Shown: piece after piece, positions 24,784 through 37,569 of the stretch
Layout: each line of letters starts with the position of its first letter
How positions within the stretch are numbered: the first letter of the stretch is position 1
Origin: Lama glama
Taxonomy: Eukaryota
Assembly (NCBI GenBank): GCA_028534125.1
Contig: CM052816.1
Location: forward strand, 88,848,001-88,912,000
Reading direction: 5' to 3'
DNA: 64,000 bases
Made by a program: the position numbers and the translations under genes
The notes under the pieces: generated by a model
Told to the model about the DNA's origin: nothing
Seen by the model: only the letters and a program-made list of their open reading frames with translations
Databases searched by the model: none

Positions 24784-26999
24784 CTTAAGTAGAGGCAGCC
24801 GTTTATGCCATTCTTGACATTTAAACATCATAGTAGATTATAAATACTTGTATGTTGAAGAGGGGCTTTAGAATTAGAGATGGAAAATGTTGGTGGTCAC
24901 TACTGCATTATGCGCAATATCCAGATTGACTTATATAAAACTTTAGTCAAATAATCGTTAGGTAAGCTAATTCTGTTTTCACTTATTTTGATAAACATCA
25001 ATCAATTTTGTATATTTTTGAGTCCATGAAACATGTCCAGGCTATCTTTAATTGTTATATTATCCATTTCATATTATCCCTGTCTTTTTTTTTTGCAACA
25101 AAGCAATATTGCTTTTATTTACTTTTATTTTAGTTTGAGAATATGTATTAAGATATTTACTTATTATCTTATGAGAGGAAAGTAGAACACATTCCTCTTT
25201 CCCAATTTACCAGTAAGATTTGAAATTTGCTAAAATGAGAAGCCTGGTTCATGATCTGCGAGGACAAACATGATGAAAGAGCTGAAGAAAGATTCACATT
25301 CCCCTAAAACCTCAAACTCCTTGCCTTACATGGGATGTAACCAAGGAAAGAATTCTACTAAGGTTAGAGTCCCTGATGATGTGTTGCTCCTGGCAGTGAA
25401 AAGACGACTTGTAGCAGTCGGAGTGCCTGTGCATAACTCTACTAAGAGTTTAATACAAAGACAGTTTTAGTAACCGGGGGAATGATGAAATTCTGAAGTG
25501 TGATGTCATTATTCATCCTTTTCTTGTGTGTGTTTATTTAGAACTATGGAAAATAATTTGTTGGATATAAACATTATCTGAGAAGTAATTTTATGACACC
25601 TAATACATAGTTTATATAGCGACAGTGAACTCAGTTTCTAATAGCACTACAAGTGCGCACGATCTTATTGATTTTCTGATGAAGAACTTCCCCATCTCAT
25701 ACAACGAGAGAAATCATATACTGCACCCTGTGTTCCTGTGTTATAAGTCATGGCCGAATAAACCAGTTTACTTTCAGTAATTACTTGGGAATGATTTCCC
25801 TGTTCTTGACGTTCATTAGTCACTGAAAATGAAAATGGCAGAGAAACCAATGGTGCCTAAGTTAGAAGATTTTTAAATGTTTATAGATTTCTAAGCATGA
25901 TTAGAAAATGGGAAAGCGGCCTTCCCTTCAGGATGATCAATACAGACATGTATTAGAAACCAGGAATCAGACCTTTCAAGGGCAGTGATTTTACACCCCT
26001 GCAACCGCTGCTTTCTTGTATCTTTATGAGCAGATGTGGAACTACAATCCCAGACTTAAAATTAAAGGTGCATAATAAAATAGGAAATTTACTGGTCTGC
26101 ACAGCCCGCCACCTTAATTAACAACTGATATTTGAAATTATTGCTTCAGGCTTTAATTCCTCAAGTACACCGTATTCGGAATTTCATTGTATTAGAGAGT
26201 TGTTAAGGCTGTATTTGAATTTACGTTAATGCAAAATTGGAACTAAAATTTAATTCAAGACATTCAGACTTTATAATAGTCCCTCAGAGAAAAATAATTA
26301 TGATCAGGATATCAACACTGTGTTTACTCAGATCGGTTAAAAGTAGCAAAATCCATGGTTTGGCACGTTAGAACAGTATTGAAATGTTTATTAAAATAAA
26401 TTTAATGGAAGAGCCCTTCAACTATTTCATTTAGTTGTAAGAGTCTATAGAACTATTTCTAAAAGCCACACTCATCAGTAGTGTGATTTTTAAAATTTCT
26501 TTATACATATTTAAGATAGGTGTCAACACAAAATTCAATAATGTAACTTGAAAATGTCACGTTTTAAATTTCAGTTCAGTGTCTTTCTTTCACAGCAGAG
26601 GTCTGTGCCTAGACAGTATGCTAGAATACAGTATTGTTGCATTATTACCCACATTTGCAGTCTTTGATAAAAGAAAGGAAAGGGAACCTAAGAGAATTTT
26701 TGTAGTTGTTCGTGGTGTTTGTTTGCAGATGTCATTTTTGATGTTGATTATGCTGTTACTGTGATCAGCGGGTGCTGTTGCTTCCTTCTGAATTCTTCTG
26801 CAACCTCTGGAATGTACTGATCCCCCCCCTCCTTCATTTGATCTTCCAACTTCCCTTCATTAGTTTTTTCCTTTTAGACCTGTAAGCTTCACCACTGGGT
26901 TTAACTCATCTCTGTGAAACATGGGGTGGTGTTTACACCGTCTGGACTAGCTCATGCCATCTTACTGCTCACACACTTCTGGAAAGCACGGTTGTTCTC

Positions 27000-27600
27000 A
27001 TTGCCTCTGACCTGTTTGGTCTGTTCTCCCCATGTTATTTGCACATCTAGGATTGCACTACTCATTTATCATTCTACTGCAGCGGCTCTCAAATGTTCAC
27101 TAAGACCCAGCTCATTAACGAATGCGTCTTCCCTTCTCACTTCACTTATATTCTGTATTATTTGACAGCTGACTTTTGTTTCACACACTCTTCTTCCTTC
27201 TTTTTCTCTCTTTTGCCTTCATTCTCCTTACAGGGTTTGCTCGTTCATCCACAGTTCAATATAATCATCTTCCAAGGTTTCATTTCCAGCATGCCCCTCC
27301 TCTCCACCTGCTCACTCTCCACTGGCGTTCTTCATCCTTCATCTTGGTTCAGTAGTCATTCCAACGCTGATGATTGTTAAACACATTTCCTCTAACCTGT
27401 GTTCAGAAGACAAGCTTACTACTCTCTATCAGAATTTGGCACATGGATGTCCCACAAGCACTTTCAGTGCAAGATATCACTGTCATCCTCATACTTGTGT
27501 ATTATCTGCTCTCTGAATGACTGAGCTTCCGTTATGCCTTTTTCATCTGCTTCACTCTTCCATTCTTTTCCCAGTGTCCACACTTACTCCCTTTGCATCC
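27000..27600 (+). mobile_element. L2 fragment (RT region)
   Basis: Pyrimidine-rich. 'gctgatgattg' corresponds to the degenerate ADD motif, followed by the L2-like 'catggatgtcccacaagcactttca'. Confidence 0.55.
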
Positions 27601-27977
27601 TGGTTTATCACTTAAAAAATAAAACAGCATGATGGAGAAGATGGTTTGGTAGAAATCCTCCGTGGAGAGAGCCTGACAATTTCAAAGGAGCACGTTATCA
27701 TGCCGTCACCTTCCCAGGCTGATCACATTGCACTCGTGCACTAGCACACGTTCTCCCCATTCACATGCACGTCCTTGCTTACAGGCCACCACTGTACATC
27801 CGCAGGTACATTTAATGTGCACTGTGGCAATGGGATCACAGAGAAGGCTCAAGCCAATCTATTTATACTCCTGCAGATTTGGCTCTGGCTCTTTTTCTTT
27901 TGGTTTATCAGTATCAACTTGAACTATTTGATACTACATTTGCTCAGAAACTTGAGGTTCTTCTGTTTCAGGCTCAT

Positions 27978-28310
27978 AAGTTAGGATGTGTCTGGTAAAT
28001 TAAGGGAAAACACAACTTGAACTGGATTAAAGAGAGCAAAGAAATGATGGATTCTTATACATCCAAAAAGTTCAGAAAAAGGGCATGGTCTTTGTTCCAG
28101 AGGTTTCTGATGCTATCAGAATTTTGCCTTCTCTAATTTTGCTGATGTTTGTTCTCATCTCCCTACCAGCCTGTCTTCTGGGTGGTCTTCATTATGTAAC
28201 AGGAAAACAGCTGCAGGCCCAGGGCTGTGCACCTAGTCTCACTATTGAAAGGGAGAGAACACCTAGCGCAGAAGAGCCAATTGAGTCTGAGGTCTGATTA
28301 GACCAAATAG
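27978..28310 (-). mobile_element. Old MaLR LTR fragment, MLT1J/K-like
   Basis: 'gaaaacacaacttgaactggattaaag ... aaaagttcagaaaaagggcatggtctttgttccagagg' resembles the MLT1J/K antisense start. Confidence 0.45.
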
Positions 28311-28964
28311 ACGGCATTTCTCATTACTAAAGTTCTAACTAACTTTCAGAGTTAAAATCCTACACCTTTGATTATGCCTTTATGCCTTGCCAGTTGACAC
28401 TTTATAATATTATTTTACTAATCCTAGCCTGATGTCCACAAAGTCTACATTCAGACAGAATCACATCACAGAAGCAGGCAAATAAACAAACATAAGTTTA
28501 AATGTATAGTGCCACCAACCGAGGAAAAAAACGTCCCAAATGTGAATGAACCTTCTCTAATCATTAAACTGCTGGTTATGTATAATGCATTTTCTTTCCC
28601 TGTAATTTCAAAAGTCTCAAGTAATCAATCTAAGCTCTGTTTGAGTTTTGTTTGTTTGCTATACAGTGTTTTCTACAGTTTAATCTCATGACCTACAAAG
28701 TGGCCGTTGCTTTGTCTGTCGTGTGCACAAATGCACAAGACTAAATCAGGATGCAACCTGATGAACAGTTTTTCTGGTAAATATCAGTAACACAGAAAAT
28801 TTTAGACATGTTAAACCAAGGAGTTTTTAACTCTGCTGTGTTTTAAACACCGTGCCTACCCTAGTCGTTTTACTCTGGAGCTTGTGACACCATGGTAAGA
28901 TGATCTTTTGGAAATACAAATGAGAGCATCCTTCAGTTTCAAAATGGAGTTTTGGGCAGAAACA

Positions 28965-29642
28965 ATGTAGTCATATTCTTAAGAAAAACTGATGTGGAAC
29001 CATAACACTTAGTTCAAATCTTGTTGACATCCTTTTCCTTGTACAATCACTTTTCCTCCTCTGTCTCAGTTTTCTCATCAGCGCAACATGGCTTTGTTGG
29101 AGGTGGTCATTGAGAGGATGTGACCACCAGCTAACTCGTGAGGTGGCTGTGGGAAGTCAGAGGCTCCTCACCCCTTCCACGTCCTTAGAATATAAGCTTT
29201 GCCCACTGGTTTCACAATGGGAGCTGTTCTGAGGGCCTGGCCTTGAGAGAGTAAGGTGTTGTTGAGACCATCTTGATAGAGACTGAGCCCAGTGAAGACC
29301 TCTACATGAACTTTAAGATTCTGGTGGGTAGGACCAGAGATCTACGTGTCTTTCAGCCACCCGAGACAAACTTGTTATATAAGTTCTCTTGCTTATTAAA
29401 CATGCCACATGCCAGCCTGGAGTGGTCTACCTCTTTCTAGGTCTCTCCTTGCCTGCTGTATGTGAGGGTCAGTTTCAGTTTTCATCTGGGAAACTCAAGG
29501 TTGCAAACCAACAGGATTATAATAACGAATACTGTGTAACATTAGACTGATGATTGATGAATGCAGACAAAACCCTTGAACAGTGACAGGTACATAGTAA
29601 ACATTCACAAAAACTATAACTATCATTATAATTGTTATTATT
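28965..29642 (+). mobile_element. MIR SINE split into 28965-29094 and 29514-29642 by an LTR
   Basis: MIR core 'ctctgtctcagttttctcatca' lies left of the LTR; the MIR 3' part 'aacagtgacaggtacatagtaaacattc' lies to the right. Confidence 0.7.
29095..29513 (+). mobile_element. ERVL-class solo LTR (MER54/73/74-like)
   Basis: Inverted termini TGTTGG...CCAACA, 5-bp near-TSD ggctt/ggatt, and an internal 'tatataag' followed by an 'attaaa' poly(A) signal. Confidence 0.8.
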
Positions 29643-32142
29643 TTATCCACTCTCGGGAAATACTTCAAAAGCCAGGGTTAATTGATTTGCAAATGCTGAA
29701 TTTTGTTGACAAAGAAAAGACTTTCTTTGGGATTCCAAAAGCCACGATTTCAATCTCTAAAATGAAATCAGAGGACTGAGCATAAAGATATACATAGAAT
29801 GGATAATTATGTAATACAGTTAATAGCCTAGCACAATCCTCTCTCTCTTTTCCCTACCTAATGAAACTTTCAATCATGTGTGTCTAAAATATCAAATATA
29901 GGTCTTTCTATTTAGAATGAAACCTGGCTATAATCAAAATCTGTTTTTCCCATATAATCAAAGAGTATCATGTGCCTACAAAGGCATGTGCAACGTAAAT
30001 GGTGGCCTCCACCAGGCCCACGTGCCACGTTAGCACAGTGCCTTGGTCTCTCCACATATTAAGTTTTATTCCACATCGTAGTCTTTGTATTCAAGATTAG
30101 TATTTTAGAGAACAAGACATTTGTTCGTTTTAAAGGACCAGGGTCCTGGGTGATGAGGGAAGACTGAGGTTGTCTTCTTCTCCCTTTTGAGATACAAGTG
30201 AAGGAGAGAATATACCCAAAATGCACTTAACTGAAATCTCAGAATATTTAACTGCTAGAAAGGGGCCCCAAACCCTTGATGTTGAGAATTCTCAGTTAAG
30301 AATTACCAATTTGATAACATGTCTTAGAACTAGTGACAAAGTAACTCTCTTATTCCTGTATTTTGCCCGTCAATCACCCCTTAGTGGAATACTGCAGGGA
30401 TGCATTTCAGAACCATCACATCAACTTCCACAGTCACCAAACTATTGACACCGAGAGTAAATGAGAAAGTCCAATCCTGCCTGTGGAAATCACACCCAGG
30501 ACCCAACCATACATGTATGTACAGATCAATAAAGGCAGGAAGCTGAGGACAGGGCTCTGGGGTTGCTGCGCATATGAAACAAAGGGAAAGAAGATGAGAC
30601 CATGTTATGGTGGAGGGATGGAGAACGCTCTCCACTCAAGAAGTGTAGCTCAGGGAATTACAGGCTCTCACAGGTCAGATTTATTTCTCTTCCTCCTGCT
30701 GAAGTGCAGACAGTTCCCTCCTCCGGAGGGAAAGAGAGGAGATTTGCAGATCCTGATATGTAATATGATATTACAAGTACTTACTTTTAAGGGACTCTAG
30801 TTCCTGTTGTTGTGGAAGGTAGCAGTGAAAATGGAAACAAAGGTACAGCTCCTAAAAAACCTTCAGTATGGAAAACTCGCTCAGGAGAGTGAAGGCCTAT
30901 CTTGAGGAAATTTATCCTGTTGGTCAACGATGTCCCCCTCCTTTTTTTCCCCTAGAAGCATTTGTCGATTACCTTCAATCCTGAGACACTGTGCCGGCCT
31001 TGAAAAACGTATGCATGAATGTGACAAAGTCCTTGTTATTGTGTGTTTTGTTTCTTTTATTTGAGTATCATTGCAGGCATGTGCTCAATGGTATACACTC
31101 ACTTTTAGCAAATTGAATTTTCTGAAATAAATCACCAGTAGGAACAATATAGAGGCCCTCAAATGTTTTACATAAACACATATATACACATGCATATTTA
31201 TGTGAATATAGGCATCATTCTGAAAGTAAAATGTAGCCACAGTTTACTTTTAAATGTGCAAAATTGAGAAGATTCATATTAATATTTTGGGGAGAAATGT
31301 GTTATATTATTTAACAATCTTGAGAACAAACTATTAGTATTTAAACTTTCTCTCTCCCAAATACTGAAGAGGAATTTCTTGTAAAAATCAAAATTAAATA
31401 TTTTCAAAAATAAATTTTCTTTGAAATAGAAGTTTAGTAGAATGGAGAGTAATAATGCTGCCACTTATTCAGATTTTAAATATTCATATTCATCTTCTGG
31501 AAGGAATTTATAACCTTTTATAAAATAATAATAGAAGTGACCATTTATTAAGCACTTACTGAATACATATTTATGTTATTTCGTTGCTTTAAAAAAAAAA
31601 AAACTTAAACTACCAAAGGGTATGTTAGCATTTAAAACACTTATGATTTTTTCTTGTAATCTCAATTTGAAGATTGTCTTCAATATGTCTTTATTTTCTA
31701 TTTATAACAATTTTAAGGTAATTTTCTAAGTTAACTGGGATGAGAAGATGAGCATTTCTTTACTTTCTTTTTCTTGTTATATCCAATCAGTAGCTGTATG
31801 TTCTTTTTTGCAGTGTTTTCTCTATATACTCCCTTCCCAGTTCCCATTGTCACTGTGCCAGGCAGAGCCTACATTTCCTAACAATTGTTAACCAATATTT
31901 TGGCCTCCAGTCTTTTGTCCACCATTGTCTTGCATTCATACTGCCTCTGAATTAATAATCTTAAGGCACTGCTTATAGATTAAACTGGTAAACCACTGGC
32001 TTGCTATCACACCCTTAGTTTTAGAGATCTCTTAAACTTTTGCCAAAGGGCAAGAACAGAACTTCAGAGCAGAACACGCCATAAACCAGTGATGTTTAAA
32101 CAAGTCCACATCCAGCCCACACTCCATTGTTTGAAACAGAAT

Positions 32143-32383
32143 GACATAATGGCTGAAAGCACAGCTGTGCATCCACACTGGCTGGCTGCAGGTACAACCT
32201 TGGTCATTAACTACCGGTGTAGCCCTGATGAGTTATTTAATTTGTTTTCATTTTCTCATCTGTAAAATGCAGACACTATCAGTACCAGCCTTCTGGGATT
32301 TGGGGAGCACTGAATGGAAACACGTAAAGGTCTGAGAACAGTGCTTGGCACATAGAAAGCGCTCAATGAATAGCTCTATCATT
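32143..32383 (+). mobile_element. Near full-length MIR SINE
   Basis: Core 'ttttctcatctgtaaaatg' and 3' 'gaacagtgcttggcacatagaaagcgctcaatgaat'. Confidence 0.85.
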
Positions 32384-33707
32384 TTGTATCATTTGATATT
32401 TGTCTCCTTTGCAAGTTAAGATGTTTGGATATCAGCAATTTTATATGGCTCAACCTGAAATCTGTCCTCTTTTTAACGTGGTATCTTGCCTTTCTTCTAC
32501 CCTGCAAGTCAAAACCTTAAAGTATTGTTTTATAAAATAAGAGCATGCAACACTATTCTGATAGCTTGACTTTTTGATCTATTTTGCTTTGAGATCCCAC
32601 TTCTGAGTCATATATCATTGTTTCATTGTTCAAGTCTGAAATCTACTTATACTTAAAACTAGACTTGTTCTCAGTCTCTTACAACAATGATATTATTTAA
32701 AGTGCTTTAAACATTACAAATGTATTTTAGTTTGCATGATGTTAGAACATGTACACATAATTCTGTAGAACTCATCTAAATGTCAAGCAATATCAATTTT
32801 GTAAATGTCAACCTGGCATTCATGAAAACTCAGTTCTCTCATGAAGGAACCTCCTCTAATTCATAATAAAAATTGTATTTCCCTTTACTGCCTTCTCTAC
32901 TAGAGAAAAGTCTTAACAGCTGCGTTCTTCGACAGACATTCAGTTTGGTTTTGTAGAAGCATTATATGCAGGTACAGATATTATAATGGTAAAATAATAT
33001 ATTTATGCTTTTTCGTACATGTTTAAAGTGAGTTTCCTGAAGTTTTGATATATATGTTTCCAGTCTCTTAAATAATTCAAGAAATTATAGATATATGATT
33101 CATTACTAAACTTCCACATATGCTATTTTTCCTCTTGATAGAATTATTGAATTTTAGATTTTTCTGCCAGTTTTATTTCTCTGAGACTTTACATTTGTAC
33201 TAATATGAATGGTGATAACCTATAAAAAAGGTCATAGGCATGCTAGAAGAGCCCATCTCATTTTACTAAAAAGGCGTTTGTCACAGTCTACCATGAATAT
33301 CATTTGTTCTTGAAAATTTTAATTTGGTTCTTATATGTGAGGTGGTCTTCGTTGCTTGGTTTCTTGCTTGCTCTTTGGCACACGATGTGTTAATGTGATT
33401 GGAACTTCTGCCCGGCACAGCAATCACCTACAGCCCTCACTATACATTTTAATTCAGCTCTTCTGGGGGTGACTGTATTTACAGTCGTCTAAGTCACCCC
33501 AACAAGAATTGTATGTGTATCTCATATTCAGCATTTTACATCGGGCCATTCCTTATATTTCTCCACATCTTTTGACAAATTAGTCCGGATTTGTCCAAAT
33601 ATCAGGTTCTGGTGTCAGAAAGAGGAAAACCTAGTCACAGTTATGTGGATGAAGTGGTAAGGAAAGCAAGTGGATAGAGTTTGAACGGCTGCTTTGTCTT
33701 GCTGATT

Positions 33708-34161
33708 TGTAGTTTGCACAGTTCATGTTTGTCCCTCTCTCCTCTCTGCCCTTGGAGTGCGTTCTGTATCGATGACTGGATAGGAACCCTTAAATTTGCT
33801 TCAGATGGAGTTGGAGCCCAAGGGAGCTCCAACAGGTCACAAGAAAGGAGGAGAATGAGGCGGACGTGTTTATTACCTGGGTTCTTTCCCATCCAGGACC
33901 ACACAAGCCTGCTGTGTCTGGAGACAAAAAGTCCCTGCTCCTCTCAAGCAGCCACCTCTACATCCACATCACTCTTCTGATCTCTGATAACGATTCCCCC
34001 TGTTCTTTGGAGTTAAGATGGTAAAAGCTCTTCTAAAATTAGTTTCAGGATACTACCCCACCCTGTCCCACACTTTTGTAAATAGCTCTTTTATTAAACT
34101 TTTCTCAACTTATTCTAATTTGAGTATGACATCTGTTTTGTGCTGAGTCCGGGCTCTTACA
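33708..34161 (+). mobile_element. ERVL solo LTR, LTR33-like
   Basis: 'ggaggagaatgaggcggacgtgtttattacc' and 'cccacacttttgtaaatagctcttttattaaacttttctcaa...tttgagtatgacatctgttt' match the recalled LTR33 consensus; TG...CA ends. Confidence 0.75.
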
Positions 34162-35227
34162 AATATGCTTGTAAGAAATGAACAAGTCCCTTTTCATAGT
34201 CTATTGCCAGCATTTTTCAATAGTTTGGTAGAACTGTTATTATACTGATTAACCATATCTAAGGACCATCACTGGGTTTTCATAACTGGTGGTTTATTTG
34301 TTTCTGAGATGACATGTCAAGCTCTAATAAATGCTGAAGCTTTTTACTTACTGGATAAACCTGCTGAACATTGGGTGTTGGGAAGCCTTTTCTATGACAT
34401 TTTGGGCTAGAATAAAGATGCTCATCTGCAAATATCACAATACTGCTGGGTTGCTTCAAACGTTCAAAAAATTTAAAATCCTTCCATATTTTTCAATGTG
34501 CATTTTAAATGTGACTCTCATACTTCTCTGAAACTTACCATTTAGGAGGGTTTTTGAAAGCATAAAAGCTGGGAAATAGGAGAAAATTACGTTGTCCTTA
34601 TTTGAAGAAAACATATGGCAGAATCATACATATATTTATGTATTGTTTGGCAATAATTAAATGTGCATACCTTCTCAAAACCATCAAACTTCTCTGGCTA
34701 TTGAATGGGAACCTAATAGCCTTTTGCTGACATTTAATGGGGTAACTTATATTACAATTACTGACTGATAAGTCTATGGCTTGATATCATTGTAGAATCT
34801 TTCCAGACATTTAAAGTGATCGGGACTGTTTTATCTTGCATCTGAAGGTCTTGTGCAGTTCATGGAATACAGTAGGGTTCAATGCACAGTAACTAACTGT
34901 AAATATTCATCTTAGTGATTCTCACTGGCAGTCTGGCAATGTTGATGATGACATGTCTTTTTATAAAGAACTTAACCAATATAATGTATTTAATTATATA
35001 AAATATATAATATAAAAATGCATTAGAGACAACTATCTATTTAAGTTAAGTTTGCAAAAGATATACATTTGTTGGTTTATGTTCAATGAAAATATTAAAC
35101 CTCGGATCTAAATTTGACCTTTTGATAACTCAAATTTATGTCAAGCAATAGAAGAGAGGCAGACTCATGTTTTGCATGGTCTGCAGCTTAGATAATTTGG
35201 TGGTGGTGTTTGGATTTTGCTGCATTG

Positions 35228-35420
35228 TAAGATGCCAGGTAAACAATAAAGGAAAACACAAGGTGCTCAGTTACATCTGTACTCCAAAAAATAACTCTTT
35301 TTCACCATAAATCCCAATGTTGTGTGGATTATACTTGTACTCAAAATTTATCTGCTGTTTATGTGAAATTCAAATGTAACTGAGCATCTTGTGTTTTCCT
35401 TTCTAAATCTGGCAACCCTA
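35228..35420. mobile_element. MER53 palindromic hAT-type element
   Basis: ~193 bp ending 'tgtttatgtgaaattcaaatgtaactgagcatcttgtgttttcctttctaaatctggcaacccta'. Long inverted arms at 35248-35276 and 35374-35402. Confidence 0.85.
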
Positions 35421-36729
35421 GGTGTATTTTTAATAAAAACAATGCAAAATTTAAAATTCAAATACATGACCTTGTAATAAAGTAGGACAACTGAGGGAAC
35501 CTGAGGCTTAAACTTTATTAGGTTTTCAGTAAATCCACCTTTGCATTTTAATGTAATTTGCACTAACAGCGCATAAGCTGATTTAATCTAATTACCTGCA
35601 ATAAATATGGCTTACAACTTTTTTCACCTGTGAATATAACTAATTACATAAGGCAAACTTATTTCAATTGCAGAAATCCATTTATATGTTTGATACTACT
35701 TATTGTATGCCACATAATGAGGTTAAAAGTGACCCAAACAGACATGGTCCTCCTCATTCTTAACTATTTGTATGGGTCACCAAGAAGTAAATAGGGGTGG
35801 TGTGTAGGGAATGTAGAGGAGAAGCAGGCAGTTTATACTTGGAAGGGCTCAGTAAAGCCTTCTGGATCATGTAACTAATCTGAAACCTGAAACATAAAGA
35901 GGAACTTACCAAGGGTGAGATGTGGTAGGAAATGGATTCTAGTCAGAAGATACGGGATTAAAATGATGGAGGCAACAAAAAAAAAAAAAAGTGCATGACT
36001 CTTCATGGAAATGGAAATAAGTTAAAGGGTAAAATTTGAGGAGGAAAAAAAGTGATAAGGCTGGAGAGAGAAAGATTCTCTAAATAGCCTCTCTTGCTTT
36101 TAGGAATTTGAAAATAAAAAGGAAGACTGATTAATTTGAGTACCAAAATATCAAAAAAAAAGTTGAAAAAAATAACCATAATGAGCAAACACAAATATCT
36201 AATAAAAATTTGGGAAAATATTTGCAACTCTCATTAAAAAGCTGATTAGGAAAAAATATTTCTAGGACGGCAGTCCTTCCTTATTAAAAAAAAAGCAAAC
36301 AAAAAACTTAAAAGGAGGTTATTTCAGACTGAAATTAAAGTACCCTAGGCAAGAGTTCAAATCCAAATGAAGAAATACATAGCACTAGCAAGGGTAACCT
36401 TACATAAATATACAAATCCATATAATATGAATATATTTTTATTTCTAACACTCTTCTTAATCTGTAACTTAAACACCTATGCAGTAAATATAAAACTATG
36501 TTGATGGGCTTGCAATTTACAAAGATGCAATTTGTGTGACAATAATTGCAAAAAGGAGGAGAGAGAGAAGAGAGATATATCAGAGTAGTTTTACCTACTA
36601 TTGAAATTAAGTTGGAATTGATTTCAATCCAAATGATGTTTTAATTTAAGATCTCTGCAAGTGTTACACTTTAGATTCAAAGACACAAATAGTGTGAAAG
36701 GTAAACATGGAAAATGCTATACAAGTAGG

Positions 36730-37320
36730 AACCATAAGACACAGAAACAACCTAAATGTACATCGAAGAATGAGTGGACAGACAATGAGGTATTTGCATG
36801 CAGTGAAATTTTTTTCAACTCTTAAAAAGAAAAAAAACTCTGCCATTTGTGAGAATATGGATGAACCTGGAGGACCTTATATTAAAATAGGGAAGAAGAA
36901 ATGATCCCACTTAGATGAGGATGCTCAGTCACTATAGAAACAGTAGAATGGTGGTTACCAGGGGCTGAAGAGAGTAGAAAACAGGTGTTGGTCAAAGGGT
37001 ACAAAGTTTCAGTTATGCAAGATGAGTAATTCCTAGAGATCTGCTGTACATCATGGAGCCAAGTGGTTAACAATGCAGTATTTTATACTTAAAATTTGCT
37101 AGGAGGGTAGATCTTATGTTGAGTGTTCTTAGCATCAAAAATGCATAAATAAATAAATGTGAGAAAGAACTATTAAGGTGAGAGACATGTTTATGGCATT
37201 TATTGACTTGTTGATGCTTTCAGGGGTGTATACTTATCTCCAAACTCATTAAATTGTTATATACTAAATAGATACAGCTTTTTGTATGTCACTTAAATGT
37301 CAATAAAGTGGTTTTTAAAA
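36730..37320 (+). mobile_element. LINE-1 3' end, L1MA/L1MB-like (older L1M pieces probably extend to ~36130)
   Basis: 'atggatgaacctggaggaccttatattaa', 'gtagaatggtggttaccaggggctg', 'gggtacaaagtttcagttatgcaagatgagtaa', 'agggtagatcttatgttgagtgttctt', terminal 'caataaagtggttttt'. Confidence 0.92.
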
Positions 37321-37389
37321 GGGGAAATTTGGAAAGATCTCAAATACGCTGTTTTTAAATTAAAAAAAAAAAGCCAAGTTACAGTTGCT

Positions 37390-37569
37390 GAGTGGTTCTC
37401 AAACACAAAAGAATTAGCTAGAAAGCTTATAAATCACAATATCCTAGTTACTCCCAAGATTAATTAAACTGGGATCTCTGGGGAGGGGACCCAGGCATCG
37501 AGATATATTATGTACATTTTGAAATCTACTCTGATGATTGTAACGCACAGCCAAGTTTCAGAACCACTG
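37390..37569. mobile_element. MER5-type hAT-Charlie element
   Basis: Terminal inverted repeats 'agtggttct(c)...agaaccact', ~180 bp, internal 'ggggacccaggcatc' and 'gcacagccaagttt'. Confidence 0.8.

Noticed and set aside
33466..33500. Small nested inverted repeat (ggggtgact...agtcacccc with gactgta...tacagtc)
   Set aside because: Arms of 7-9 bp are expected by chance in 64 kb, with no other support.
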